From Candidatus Taylorbacteria bacterium RIFCSPHIGHO2_01_FULL_46_22b (lineage in GTDB: Bacteria > Patescibacteriota > Minisyncoccia > Phycocordibacterales > DSPV01), in assembly GCA_001820875.1 (NCBI GenBank), contig MHRF01000007.1, positions 140,479-204,478 of the forward strand: 64,000 bases of DNA, given 5' to 3'. The notes below the pieces were generated by a model, which was not told the origin of the DNA, ran no database searches, and worked only from the letters and a program-made list of their open reading frames with translations. Every line of letters begins with the position of its first letter. Positions within the stretch are counted from its first letter, which is position 1. Shown here piece after piece: positions 9,740-19,988 of the stretch. The translations under genes were made by a program, and so were the position numbers.

Positions 9740-10117
9740 ATGAGTAAAATAAATATTATAGGAGGAATTATTGTTGTTCTTGCCGTTGTCGGTGCGGTCT
9801 ATTACACGAATCGACCGGCAGAATATCCAATTGATCCGGTTACTGCTACTTCCACAACAACGCAAAGTGGTGAGGAACAGAGCTACACATTTGCGGAAGT
9901 AACAACGCACAATTCCAGCGCAAGCTGCTGGAGTGCCATCAATAGCAATGTCTATGATTTAACGAGTTGGATTGGCAAACATCCGGGTGGCCCAAGCGCA
10001 ATCAAGAGTATTTGTGGTAAAGATGGATCTGAAGCGTTTAATGGACAACACGGCGGCCAACCACAGCAGGCGAGCGTATTGGAAGGATTCTATATCGGGA
10101 AACTCGATACACAGTAA
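9740..10117 (+). CDS. membrane-anchored cytochrome b5-like haem-binding domain protein
   Basis: N-terminal TM. FAEVTTHNSSASCWSAINSNVYDLTSWIGKHPGG (HPGG haem-binding motif). Confidence 0.65.
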   Translation: MSKINIIGGIIVVLAVVGAVYYTNRPAEYPIDPVTATSTTTQSGEEQSYTFAEVTTHNSSASCWSAINSNVYDLTSWIGKHPGGPSAIKSICGKDGSEAFNGQHGGQPQQASVLEGFYIGKLDTQ

Positions 10118-10311
10118 TGGAAACATCTCTTGAAAGGATAGAGAAAAAACTTGCCGAGCTTGAGGCCACTCTCGCTGCTGTGCATCAGTCATCTGAACAG
10201 ATGCGCAAATATTTCTTGTGGACACTGATTGTTACTGTTGCAGTTATTGTGTTGCCACTACTCGCCTTTCCATTTGTGATCCCAGCATTCCTGCAATCAG
10301 TAGCTTTTTAG
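10117..10311 (+). CDS. small membrane protein, hypothetical
   Basis: 64 aa. C-terminal TM. Start overlaps the upstream stop. Confidence 0.35.
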   Translation: METSLERIEKKLAELEATLAAVHQSSEQMRKYFLWTLIVTVAVIVLPLLAFPFVIPAFLQSVAF

Positions 10312-10349
10312 GCAGGGATGTTTAGTTTTATAAGCGTAATACAGATTTC

Positions 10350-10964
10350 ATGAAAAAGAAGGACATCGTTTTATTATCGGTGGGAATACTTGTGGCTGTA
10401 GGCGCTTTGTTGTTTGTTATTAAGGGTGATGAGGATGCATGGCTGTGTATTGATGGAAATTGGGTGGCCCACGGCACACCACGGACAGAACGCCCTGTAA
10501 GCGCGTGTGGGCAAGTTGCCGGAGGGAGTTTTGAAGATTGTGTGAGCGCCGGTAATCCGATTATGGAGAGTTATCCGCGCCAGTGTCGTGATACAGAAGG
10601 ACATCTTTTTGTCGAATCACTGGGGAATATTATCGAAAAGCAAAATCTCGTCCAATTAACTTCTCCAGAGCCCAATGCATTCATCCAGAGCCCAATTACC
10701 ATAACCGGACAGGCACGGGGCGTATGGTTTTTTGAAGCAAGTTTCCCTGTGTTTTTGGTAGATTGGGATGGGAAAATTATTGCACAGGGGATTGCGCAGG
10801 CAAAAAGCGATTGGATGACTGAAGAGTTTGTTCCGTTTGAGGCGGTGCTTACATTTGAGAAACCGAGTTATGGAGAACGTGGCGCGCTCATCTTGCGCAA
10901 GGATAACCCCTCGGGTTTGCCCGAACATGATGATGCGCTTGAAGTTCCAATTAGGTTTAAGTAG
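10350..10964 (+). CDS. membrane-anchored hypothetical protein
   Basis: N-terminal TM followed by a soluble domain. No motif. Confidence 0.5.
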   Translation: MKKKDIVLLSVGILVAVGALLFVIKGDEDAWLCIDGNWVAHGTPRTERPVSACGQVAGGSFEDCVSAGNPIMESYPRQCRDTEGHLFVESLGNIIEKQNLVQLTSPEPNAFIQSPITITGQARGVWFFEASFPVFLVDWDGKIIAQGIAQAKSDWMTEEFVPFEAVLTFEKPSYGERGALILRKDNPSGLPEHDDALEVPIRFK

Positions 10965-10972
10965 AAACTTTT

Positions 10973-12457
10973 GTGTCGGATTCGCACCCATTTTCGTTTT
11001 CTGATCCTGCGGTGCTCAAAGTGCTTCGCGGCGCTTCGGGCACAAGTATTAATTATATTGGAAGCGCACTCTCGCATTTTCAGGCGGAGCCCGTAATGTA
11101 TGGAACGGATCAGCATATGCTTCCTCCTGTTTCTGACTGGGAGTTTGAGCTTCGGCGAAGTTTATCAGGCAGGCCATCGCATATCAAAGCACCAAAACAA
11201 TTGGAAGAATTCCCGCGTTTTCTACAGAAGAAAGACTTGTATCTTTCTCGTTCGCATGCGCTCGGTGAGACCATGTTTCGGTTTTCTTTTGATTTTCCTC
11301 GTCTCTCGCCACGCGCGGGCGAGTTCAACCGGACTCTTATGCGCAAATATGTTCAGTTGTTGGCGCGTGTCCGAGCAAACGGCCAAGAACCCATGGTGAC
11401 GCTGTACCATTTTACACTTCCGCTTTCACTCACACGCCGTAACTCGCAGGATGGTATTAGTCATGGCGCGTGGGAGGACGATCGGATACTGGAGCATTTT
11501 CGATTTTATATCGGCGAAGTGGTTAAGGCCTTGCGTGATACGGATTTTTTACGCAGCGCAATGGATGAAGAGCAAATAGGTCTTGATATGCAGGAGCGTT
11601 TTTTGTCGGAAGGATTAGTGCGGTATTTTATGACGCTCAACGAACCTATGAATGTGTTTGTGAATGGTTATTTGACTGGCTTATTTCCACCATTTCGGCG
11701 TCTTAATTTCTTCCGCCGGCGGAAAATTATAGATCGGATGGTGTATGCACATGATATGGCGTTTGCTGAACTCAAAAATTTGAGTATGTCTTTGCCGATT
11801 GCGCGTCAAGTGCAGGTGGGCATTGGTCACAGTTGGCAATATTTTGATGGAACATTTGGAGGCATTCTCCATAGGTTCGGCAATGAATATAGTTTCAAGC
11901 GGTTTGAACGTAACGGATTGTACTCTGATTTCTTGGGCTTGCACTACTATTTTCGCTTTACCGCATCAGTTTTCAACTGGGATTTCAAATCGAGAGATTT
12001 CAGCAATCGGCCTGATTTCGGTGACGTCTACCCTCCGGGGATTCTTTCTGTTCTTGAGCGAATGCACACTGTACACCCATCAAAAAACATTATAGTTTCT
12101 GAATTTGGTTTTGCAGGACGAACAGATCGCCGCCGGCCGTACTGGCTTTTAGAAACATTGCGATATGTGATTGAAGCGAAGCACCGCGGTGTGCCCGTGA
12201 CAGGTCTTTTGTTGTGGTCACTCGTGTCCAATTTTGAATGGGATGTGGGCATGGGACTCGCGAAATTTGGTTTGTTTAGTGAAAAGGAATTGAGTGCACC
12301 ACTTACGCCTCCAGAGACAGGGGTACGTAGTTGGGAAGTGTGGTGTGCAGTCACACAAGCTCTGACACACCCAACACCCGAATCGCTTGCGGTGCTCGAG
12401 ACTTACTATAAGAAAGCCAAACAGCAATATAATGAGGCGAAATCACACAAAAGCTAG
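10973..12457 (+). CDS. glycoside hydrolase family 1-like protein (divergent beta-glucosidase-like)
   Basis: TLNEPMNVFVNGYLTGLFPP (GH1 acid/base TLNEP region). IVSEFGFAG (nucleophile region, ITENG-like). N-terminal FQAEP resembles the GH1 QxEG signature. GTG start. Confidence 0.5.
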   Translation: MSDSHPFSFSDPAVLKVLRGASGTSINYIGSALSHFQAEPVMYGTDQHMLPPVSDWEFELRRSLSGRPSHIKAPKQLEEFPRFLQKKDLYLSRSHALGETMFRFSFDFPRLSPRAGEFNRTLMRKYVQLLARVRANGQEPMVTLYHFTLPLSLTRRNSQDGISHGAWEDDRILEHFRFYIGEVVKALRDTDFLRSAMDEEQIGLDMQERFLSEGLVRYFMTLNEPMNVFVNGYLTGLFPPFRRLNFFRRRKIIDRMVYAHDMAFAELKNLSMSLPIARQVQVGIGHSWQYFDGTFGGILHRFGNEYSFKRFERNGLYSDFLGLHYYFRFTASVFNWDFKSRDFSNRPDFGDVYPPGILSVLERMHTVHPSKNIIVSEFGFAGRTDRRRPYWLLETLRYVIEAKHRGVPVTGLLLWSLVSNFEWDVGMGLAKFGLFSEKELSAPLTPPETGVRSWEVWCAVTQALTHPTPESLAVLETYYKKAKQQYNEAKSHKS

Positions 12458-12674
12458 AGCAGGTCTAAATTGACACCTACAAGATTTTCCTGTACTATAA
12501 GTCTCTACCGCCTCGTTTCGGGGCAGTTTTTGTTTAGGAAAATAACGTAGCGAAGCGAAGTATATTTTCCTTAATCCCGTGTAATAGACGATAACAGGGT
12601 GAGGGGAGATTATAGGGGTTTGATGTCAACATAAATTAGCGCAGAATTACGAAAATTAAACGGGGTTTTTAAAA

Positions 12675-14462
12675 ATGGAAATTCGAAATATAGCTATTAT
12701 TGCCCACGTCGACCACGGAAAAACGACGATTACGGACGCGTTGCTTCGCCAGACTGGTGTTGCGGCAGAAGGGGTTTCAATGGATTCAAACGCGCTCGAA
12801 CTTGAGCGTGGCATTACTATTTATTCAAAAAATGCGAGCATCCCCTACAAGGGGACAAAGATAAACATTGTGGACACTCCGGGGCACGCCGATTTCGGTT
12901 CTGAAGTCGAACGCGTTATCCGTTCCATTGACTGTGTGCTTTTGGTAGTGGATGCACAGGAAGGACCGATGCCGCAGACACGTTTTGTATTGAAGAAATC
13001 ACTTGAACTTGGTTTGCGACCGATTGTAGTTATTAACAAACTCGACAAACCAGCGGCAGATCCGAAACGCTGTGAAGAGCAAGTACTCGAGTTGTTTCTC
13101 GAGTTGGGTGCTTCAAATGAACAAGCTGAATTCCCAGTGGTATACGCGATTGGGCGCGAAGGAGTGGCAAAACGGCATTTGACGGATGAATCAAAAGATC
13201 TCACTCCACTTTTGGATATGATACTTGAGAAAGTGCCGGTTGCGTCGAAAGCGGATTCGTCTGCCGTGCTTCGCTTACAGCCGTTCAATCTCGCTTACGA
13301 TAATTTCCTTGGTAGGCTTGCGGTGGGACGCGTGTATGAAGGCACTGTGCGTGCAGGTATGAACGTGTGGGTAAAAAAGCCGAACGGCGAAACGCGTACG
13401 GGGAAAATTACCAAAGTATTTACGTTTGAGGGCTTGCGCCGCATTGATGCACCGGAAGCGACTGCAGGAGATATTGTGCTGATTGCCGGCCTTCCTGATA
13501 TTGATATTGGAGAGACAGTGACGAGTGGTGCCGAGGCACCAGCACTTCCGGCAATCGCCGTAGATGAACCGACCATCACCCTGAACTTTTTAGTGAACAA
13601 CTCGCCTTTTGCAGGACGTGAGGGAAAGTTTGTAACCTCGCGTCAGTTGCGTGAGCGGCTTGAACGCGAACTTGAAATAAATGTGGGATTGCGCATTGAA
13701 TTTGGAACAGGCGATGTATTCAAAGTGTCCGGCCGCGGAGAGCTTCACATCTCTATATTACTTGAGAATATGCGGCGCGAAGGGTATGAAATGCAGGTGT
13801 CCCAGCCGCACGTGATTATTCGTGAGGAAAATGGCGTAAAAATGGAGCCATTTGAAGAAGTGGTGATTGATACCCCGCAGGAATATCAGGGAGTAATCAT
13901 TGAGCGCCTCGGTAGCCGAGGGTTTGTTATGACTAATTTGATTTCTCATGCGGATACTATGCGTATTTTCTTTGAAGGTCCCACGCGAGGGCTTTTGGGG
14001 TATCGCAATAAGTTTATTATTGATACCAAGGGCGAGGGAATTTTGTCCGCGCGGGTAATCGGATTCCGTACACATATCGGTGAAATCAAAAAGCGCCCAG
14101 AAGGATCAATGATTTCGATGGCGACTGGGAAAGCACTAGGATTTTCTCTGTGGAATTTGCAGGAGCGTGGAGTGCTCTACATTATTCCTGCAACTGAAGT
14201 GTATGAGGGAATGGTAATAGGTAATACCACCAAAGGTGAGGAACTCAATGTAAATCCGACCAAGGGTAAGACGCTCTCAAACGTTCGTGCATCAGGCACA
14301 GATGAGGCGATTATGCTTGTACCTCCTTATATCTTGTCGATTGAGCGCGGACTTGAAACGATGATGGAGGATGAATATTTGGAAATCACACCGAAAAGCG
14401 TTCGTCTGCGCAAACAACAACTAACCGAGACCGACCGCGCCCGTTCCCGCCGCACCCTTTAA
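12675..14462 (+). CDS. typA: translational GTPase TypA/BipA
   Basis: IRNIAIIAHVDHGKTT, DTPGHADF and NKLD G-domain motifs. Full-length BipA architecture. Confidence 0.9.
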   Translation: MEIRNIAIIAHVDHGKTTITDALLRQTGVAAEGVSMDSNALELERGITIYSKNASIPYKGTKINIVDTPGHADFGSEVERVIRSIDCVLLVVDAQEGPMPQTRFVLKKSLELGLRPIVVINKLDKPAADPKRCEEQVLELFLELGASNEQAEFPVVYAIGREGVAKRHLTDESKDLTPLLDMILEKVPVASKADSSAVLRLQPFNLAYDNFLGRLAVGRVYEGTVRAGMNVWVKKPNGETRTGKITKVFTFEGLRRIDAPEATAGDIVLIAGLPDIDIGETVTSGAEAPALPAIAVDEPTITLNFLVNNSPFAGREGKFVTSRQLRERLERELEINVGLRIEFGTGDVFKVSGRGELHISILLENMRREGYEMQVSQPHVIIREENGVKMEPFEEVVIDTPQEYQGVIIERLGSRGFVMTNLISHADTMRIFFEGPTRGLLGYRNKFIIDTKGEGILSARVIGFRTHIGEIKKRPEGSMISMATGKALGFSLWNLQERGVLYIIPATEVYEGMVIGNTTKGEELNVNPTKGKTLSNVRASGTDEAIMLVPPYILSIERGLETMMEDEYLEITPKSVRLRKQQLTETDRARSRRTL

Positions 14463-14543
14463 GCACACAGTCTCCGCTTGCCACTTCTGAATATGGTACA
14501 ATTTAGCCCTTACGAGGGATTACATTATGTAACTATTACAACC

Positions 14544-15017
14544 ATGACTTCACACACCAAACGATCGGGATTTACCTTAATTGAACTCTTAGTGGTTATT
14601 GCTATTATCGGGATATTGGCTTCGGTGGTGCTTGCATCTCTCAATACTGCGCGAGGAAAGAGCGCTGATGCAGCGGTCAAAGCTGATCTCGATGCAATTC
14701 GCAAACAAGCAGCAATTTTTTCTGATGATCATAACGGTTACTTTACTGATGACACCACTGATTGTGCAAGTGGAATGTTTGGTTCAGATGCTACGATCTC
14801 ATCTGCGGTGACTCATGCCGCCACGGTTTCTGGGGGAACAGTGGTGTGTATTGCTGATGACGGAGATGTTGCAGACGGCACGCAAGCAACGAGCTGGGCG
14901 GTGTCAGTTCCCTTGAAGACCAATCCTGCGCAATCGTGGTGCGTGAATTCTGAAAGTGTTGCAATGATTGGAGTTGCGGATAACACCACTGTTGCCAACG
15001 TCGCCAGTTGCTACTAA
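14544..15017 (+). CDS. type IV pilin (prepilin-type N-terminal cleavage/methylation domain)
   Basis: [29 protein letters not shown]. Start moved to the internal ATG at 14544. Confidence 0.75.
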   Translation: MTSHTKRSGFTLIELLVVIAIIGILASVVLASLNTARGKSADAAVKADLDAIRKQAAIFSDDHNGYFTDDTTDCASGMFGSDATISSAVTHAATVSGGTVVCIADDGDVADGTQATSWAVSVPLKTNPAQSWCVNSESVAMIGVADNTTVANVASCY

Positions 15018-15030
15018 CTATTATCTTGGG

Positions 15031-15072
15031 TTTTTGCCCCGCGCCGCTTTGCGGCGCGGGGCTTGCCTTTAT
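15031..15072. terminator. rho-independent terminator, bidirectional
   Basis: gccccgcgccgc-ttt-gcggcgcggggc hairpin flanked by T-runs on both sides. Confidence 0.7.
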
Positions 15073-15178
15073 ATGGGGTGTCGGTAGTATGAAGCCAGTT
15101 TAGAAACAGCGCTGATACGCGCCGCTCATACGGCGTCCCGTATGTCAGTTGAACATCGAAAGAAGAAAGGGTTTGGCT

Positions 15179-16655
15179 ATGCCAATTATCCCCGAAGCTG
15201 TAAACAGTGTTGGATTGCCTGGACTCGAGAGAGTCTCCCAAGGCAAAGTCCGAGAAATGCACAGGCTCAAGAAGAAAGGGCACCGTTTAACGGTGACGTC
15301 ACCTCGCGTGAGCGGGTTTGACTTCGTCTTGAACGCTCGCGTCCCAAAGAAAGGCGAGGTGTTGTGCGCGATGAATCACTTCTGGGTTGAGCAGTTTCGA
15401 AATTTCTGTCCGCAAGACGTGCTAGCGGTGGGAAGTGGGGTTGATGCGTATCTTCCTACGGCGCTTCGTGGCAACCCCGACCTATGGAAAATTGCGTCGG
15501 TCATTCGGGTTTGTGAACGGGTCAATTTGGAGTCCGTGGTTCGCGGGTATCTCACCGGCGGCGGGTGGAAGACCTACCTGAAGACCGCTCCGCGTCATCG
15601 TCTCTGCGGCCACCGTCTCGAAGCAGGTCTTTCAGACGGCGTTCAGTTTGAGACGCCTCTATGGACGCCGACCACAAAGTCAGAAATTGGGCACGACCTC
15701 GACATTCCTGTTCAGCGCGCCCGCCGATCTCCCTTTGGGAACAAGGTTGAGCACTTGTCGCTTGCACTCTACAACCACGCACAACTCATTGCGAAAGGGC
15801 GCGGTATTATCATCGCCGACACAAAGTTCGAGTTCGGGATCTGGAATGGGAAGCTTGTCCTCATTGACGAGCGATTCACTCCTGACTCGAGTCGGTTCTG
15901 GCCGGCTGATGAATGGAATCGCTTGCGGGGAAGCGGAAAGAGTCCGTCTTCGAAAGACAAACAATGGGTTCGAAAGTTCCTTATCCGCTACAACGTGGAT
16001 TGTCTGGATCCGGAAAATCCCGATCACGTGAAGCGAGTGCATGCACTCGAGATTCCCGAAGATGTCATCCAGCAGACGACGCGCATCTACCGCGAGATCT
16101 TCTGGTGGCTCACTCGTGTGAGGCTTGAGCAGTACCAACAGGTGAACTTCGGAGTCAAGTTGTCGGACAGTGTGCCACCTCCTGTGGAAGTACTCCTTGG
16201 AAGTGAGTCAGATCTGCCACAGGTTGAGAGTGGATTCGCAGAATTGCGGAAATGCCACGTTCCGTTTCGGGTGCACATTGTCAGTTGCCATCGCAACCCT
16301 GAAGTACTTCGGCGGTATGCTGAAGACCTATCACCAAACACAGGACTGGTAATTGCCGCTGCAGGCAAGGCCGCGGCACTTCCTGGGATGCTTAACAGTT
16401 GGCTTCGGCATTTCGGTAAATGGTACATTCCAGTTGTCGGGGTGGCCTTGCAAGGCAATACCCAGAACGCAAATAACGCTGCCCTCCTCTCCATATCGGA
16501 GTTACCGGGTAACCCCTGTCTTGGTTCCCGAGGATGGTGTGTACTTCGGCCCCGAGGGCTTCTGGCAGGCCTGCTACGATACTGCTCGCAAGGAGTTCAT
16601 TTCGCATTCGGGATCACCAAAGCCGGCGCAGATGAACCTCATTGTCAACGAGTGA
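15179..16655 (+). CDS. purCE: bifunctional SAICAR synthetase / AIR carboxylase (PurC-PurE fusion); the 3' end appears frameshifted
   Basis: PurC motifs GKVREMH...TSPRVSGFDFVL..KGEVLCAMNHFW. PurE motifs VLLGSESDL...VSCHRNPE...IAAAGKAAALPGM...PVVGV. The PurE-homologous frame runs on to 16855, passing through a terminator hairpin. Frame +1 stops at 16655, just before it. Confidence 0.6.
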
Positions 16656-16660
16656 ATTCA

Positions 16661-16702
16661 GGGCCGACAGCGCGCATGCGCGCTGTCGGCCCTCTTCTTT
16701 TT
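16661..16702 (+). terminator. rho-independent terminator
   Basis: Perfect palindrome gggccgacagcgcgc-at-gcgcgctgtcggccc followed by tcttcttttt. Confidence 0.8.
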
Positions 16703-16746
16703 CCCGCATTGCACACGTTCCTTATTTTGTTACACTGTCCTCATCT

Positions 16747-17313
16747 ATGGCGGACAAAGGCAAATTTGTGGTTATCACTGGACCGTCTGCATCAGGCAAA
16801 TCAACATTGGCTGAAGCTCTACTTTCCCGCCTCTCTGACGCGGTACGATTGGTAACGCTCACGACTCGCACTCCTCGTGTGGGAGAGCAAAATGGCGAAC
16901 ATTACACTTTTGTAACAGTTCAGGAATTCAATCAGAAAATTGATTCGGGCGAATTGTTCGAGCACGCCGAAGTATACGGCAATTTATACGGTTCCTCTCG
17001 TCTGACACTTGAACAACTCTTGTCGTCTCATAAATTTGTGCTTGCGGTGGTTGATGTGCAAGGAGCAGTGACTATGAAAGAAAAAATTCCTTCGGCATTT
17101 GTGCTATTTGTAAAACCCAGCTCGCTTTCCGATATTGAGCGCCGGTTGCGCACCGAGCGTCCGGACAGCAGCCTCGAAGACATTACTCGTCGTTTAGAGA
17201 CCGCACAAAAAGAAATGGCGATCGCAAAACAGTTTGATGCAACACTTGATAATATCGAAGGACAATTTGATGCAATGGTTGAACGCGCGCTCTCATTACT
17301 CGAAAAGAACTAG
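16747..17313 (+). CDS. gmk: guanylate kinase
   Basis: GPSASGKST P-loop. Gmk size and pattern. Start placed at the internal ATG after the terminator. Confidence 0.85.
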   Translation: MADKGKFVVITGPSASGKSTLAEALLSRLSDAVRLVTLTTRTPRVGEQNGEHYTFVTVQEFNQKIDSGELFEHAEVYGNLYGSSRLTLEQLLSSHKFVLAVVDVQGAVTMKEKIPSAFVLFVKPSSLSDIERRLRTERPDSSLEDITRRLETAQKEMAIAKQFDATLDNIEGQFDAMVERALSLLEKN

Positions 17314-17315
17314 AT

Positions 17316-17750
17316 ATGAAGCCGCTTTCTCCTAAAAAACGAGAAGCGATACACTTAGTGCCTTTTCGGAAAGATAGCGAATCTGTATATTTCTTTCTCC
17401 AGAAGCGTGATGCCCATGCGAAATTGCTTCCCAATTGGTTTGGTTTTTTCGGTGGCGGACTTGAATTGCCAGAGGCTCCTGAAGAGGGGATACTCCGAGA
17501 AATAGAGGAAGAACTTGCATTTATTCCCGATAGACATGAGTTTTTCTGCTACTATGAATTTTGGGATCGCATTTCCCACGTATTTATACTTGAAGTTGAT
17601 GTGGGTTTTGAATCTAAAATTGAGGTGCGCGAAGGTCAATATGGCAAATTCTTTTCTGAAAAAGAAATGCAGAATGAACCATTGCTTCGTGATGAAGCGA
17701 AACTTATTTTGAAGCACCTAGCAGAGCACGTTAAGCAAAAAGGTATATGA
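17316..17750 (+). CDS. NUDIX hydrolase
   Basis: GGGLELPEAPEEGILREIEEELAF Nudix box. Confidence 0.65.
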   Translation: MKPLSPKKREAIHLVPFRKDSESVYFFLQKRDAHAKLLPNWFGFFGGGLELPEAPEEGILREIEEELAFIPDRHEFFCYYEFWDRISHVFILEVDVGFESKIEVREGQYGKFFSEKEMQNEPLLRDEAKLILKHLAEHVKQKGI

Positions 17751-18154
17751 CATTGCAAGTTGGAGTGAAAATATTTTTGAGAAACCCCGAAGGGAAGTTT
17801 TTACTTCTCAAGCGCTCCGTTGCATATGGCAAGACGAAAGGAAGTTGGGATATTGTTGGTGGACGCATTGAAGCAGGAACGGGACTTATCGAAAACCTTC
17901 GCCGTGAAGTCTTGGAAGAAACAAAGCTGACGATTACTTCTGAACCAAAATTACTCTACGCACAGGATATTTTCGTGCCCTCAAAAGATTTACACGTTGT
18001 TCGACTTTCGTTTGTGGGAGACACCACTGGTGAACCAGTACTTGATACAAAAGAAAACACCGATTACAAATGGTTGTCACTTGAGGAACTTTCCAAACAA
18101 GAAGATTTAGATGTGTATGTCAAAGAGATTTTGGACAAGAATCTCCTCGTTTGA
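17747..18154 (+). CDS. NUDIX hydrolase
   Basis: GGRIEAGTGLIENLRREVLEETKL Nudix box. Overlaps the upstream stop. Confidence 0.75.
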   Translation: MTLQVGVKIFLRNPEGKFLLLKRSVAYGKTKGSWDIVGGRIEAGTGLIENLRREVLEETKLTITSEPKLLYAQDIFVPSKDLHVVRLSFVGDTTGEPVLDTKENTDYKWLSLEELSKQEDLDVYVKEILDKNLLV

Positions 18155-18227
18155 CTTTTGAGTATATCTCGAGCAATATCGCTCTAGGTTCGCGGGATAA
18201 CCTCGCGACGAACAATAAGGACATTGA

Positions 18228-19859
18228 ATGAAGACTGCTCTACTGTCAGCATTCCGTAAAGAGGGATTGCCTGACTTCGCACGGCGGCTTGTCGCCCGAG
18301 GCTGGAATCTGCTTGCTTCAGGTGGGACTGCAAAATGTCTCGCTGAGGCCCGCATTCCAGTTACGGATGTGGCTACCATTGTTGGTCCACCCATCTTGGG
18401 GCACCGTGTAGTTACACTTTCGCGGGAAATCCATGCGGCGCTTCTTGCCAAGGATACGCCCGAAGACGCCGCCGAACTCACTCGGATTGGCGTTCCTCGT
18501 ATTGATCTCGTGTACGTTGACCTATATCCGTTGGAAAGAGAAACCCTGCGGGAAGGTTCGACACTTGACTCGGTACTCGAGCAAGAGGATATTGGAGGAC
18601 CGACGATGTTAAGCTCTGCTGCAAAAGGCAAGCGCATCGTCATCTCTGATCCTGCTGATTGCGGGCCTGTACTCCAGATGCTCGAATCCGATTTGCCGTT
18701 TGACACCGAGTACCGTGAACATTTAGCGGCGAAAGCGGATTTCATTGTGAGCCGCTATCGTATGCTCACGGCACGGTTCCGCGGTAATGGAGCTTTTGAG
18801 GCAATTCACGGCATACTGCATCTTCCGGTTGCTTATGGTGAGAATCCCTGGCTGGCTTCCCTCGGGTTATTTTCAACTCAAACGGATTACCCACTCGCAC
18901 TCGATAAATACGTGTTGATGAACGGGGAGGACATACTCCCGAGTTACAACACGTGGGGAGATCTCGATCGTGCACAGTTAACCCTGCTTCACATCATGGC
19001 AGGACTCGAACGAAACGGACTGTTGCAATCAAACAACTTCTGCACCGTAGGGGTCAAGCACGGGAATGCCTGCAGTGTTGGGATTGGCAACGATTCTGGG
19101 ACGTCTCTGAAACGGGCGATGGAAGGTGACATTACCTCTATCTTTGGCGGCTTGGTGATTCACAATGGAGGTATTACCGCTCAAGGTGCAGAGATCTTGC
19201 TGCATCACGTGGAACCGTCGGGCAAGAGAGTGTTGGATGCAGTTGCTTCAACTGTGTTTTCCTCTGATGCAATTGATCTCTTGAGGCGCAAGACGGGGAA
19301 GTGTCGCATTCTCCGAAATCCCGCACTGTCTGCTGCTTCCTTGCGTACATTGGTGCCGTCGCTGACGTCAAAGAGGATCAAGTCGGTTGCCGGTGGATTC
19401 CTGCCACAGGCCGACCGAAACTTCGTCCCGTGTTTTGGTGATGGAGGTGGTATTGCCATTCACGGTTCTGTTAGGCCTCTCCTGCATGCTTCAACACGTA
19501 TCGCTGACCTCGTTCTCGCATGGGCGATTGGTTCTACTTCAACGAGCAACACAATCACGTTGGTGAAAGACGGGCAGTTAATCGCCAACATGGTGGGACA
19601 GCAGTCACGGGTACGTGCGGCGAAGTTCGCGGTGTTGCTTGCCGGTGAGAATGGACACAGTACTCATGGGGCAGTTGCGTACAGTGACAGCTTCTTCCCG
19701 TTTCCTGATGGCCCCAAAGTCTTGATTGACGCAGGGGTGAAGGCAATCTTCACCTCAAGCGGATCGATTCGGGATCAGGAGACCATTGACCTCTGCCTGG
19801 AGAACAATGTCGCGCTCTTCATGGTTCCCGACAAGGTTGGCCGTGGTTTTTACCATTAG
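18228..19859 (+). CDS. purH: bifunctional AICAR transformylase / IMP cyclohydrolase
   Basis: MGS-like N-terminus (ALLSAFRKEGL...SGGTAK). DLVYVDLYPL. C-terminal SGSIRDQE and RGFYH (RHFRH-like) end. Confidence 0.85.
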   Translation: MKTALLSAFRKEGLPDFARRLVARGWNLLASGGTAKCLAEARIPVTDVATIVGPPILGHRVVTLSREIHAALLAKDTPEDAAELTRIGVPRIDLVYVDLYPLERETLREGSTLDSVLEQEDIGGPTMLSSAAKGKRIVISDPADCGPVLQMLESDLPFDTEYREHLAAKADFIVSRYRMLTARFRGNGAFEAIHGILHLPVAYGENPWLASLGLFSTQTDYPLALDKYVLMNGEDILPSYNTWGDLDRAQLTLLHIMAGLERNGLLQSNNFCTVGVKHGNACSVGIGNDSGTSLKRAMEGDITSIFGGLVIHNGGITAQGAEILLHHVEPSGKRVLDAVASTVFSSDAIDLLRRKTGKCRILRNPALSAASLRTLVPSLTSKRIKSVAGGFLPQADRNFVPCFGDGGGIAIHGSVRPLLHASTRIADLVLAWAIGSTSTSNTITLVKDGQLIANMVGQQSRVRAAKFAVLLAGENGHSTHGAVAYSDSFFPFPDGPKVLIDAGVKAIFTSSGSIRDQETIDLCLENNVALFMVPDKVGRGFYH

Positions 19860-19876
19860 CCGTTTCTTTCAGTTCA

Positions 19877-19908
19877 GCCGCCCCGTATCCTCGGGGCGGC
19901 TTTCTCTT
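19877..19908 (+). terminator. rho-independent terminator
   Basis: gccgccccg-tatcct-cggggcggc followed by tttctctt. Confidence 0.75.
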
Positions 19909-19988
19909 GCGAAATCTTTTTAATAAGCGCATACTATCGGCATACTTTTGGGAAATGTATACATTATAAGTTTGTAAGCAATTTTTGT

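Noticed and set aside
16655-16855. Taking ORF 15149..16855 at face value (568 aa)
   Set aside because: The last about 65 codons translate a perfect terminator palindrome and overlap the gmk start in another frame. It was annotated as a frameshifted purCE ending at 16655 instead.
18155-18227. ZTP/pfl riboswitch upstream of purH, or purine riboswitch upstream of purCE
   Set aside because: Intergenic regions are about 70-115 nt with simple hairpins. None of the conserved GGGUCGUGAC/CCGGGCGGA (ZTP) or UAUA...GGAUAUGG (purine) elements were seen.
15552-19746. Minus-strand ORFs inside purCE and purH (for example 15680..16138 and 18107..18745), and ORF 29882..30496
   Set aside because: These are antisense to genes with clear homology, or lie in GC-rich intergenic DNA. 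Long spurious antisense frames are expected at 56-58% GC.
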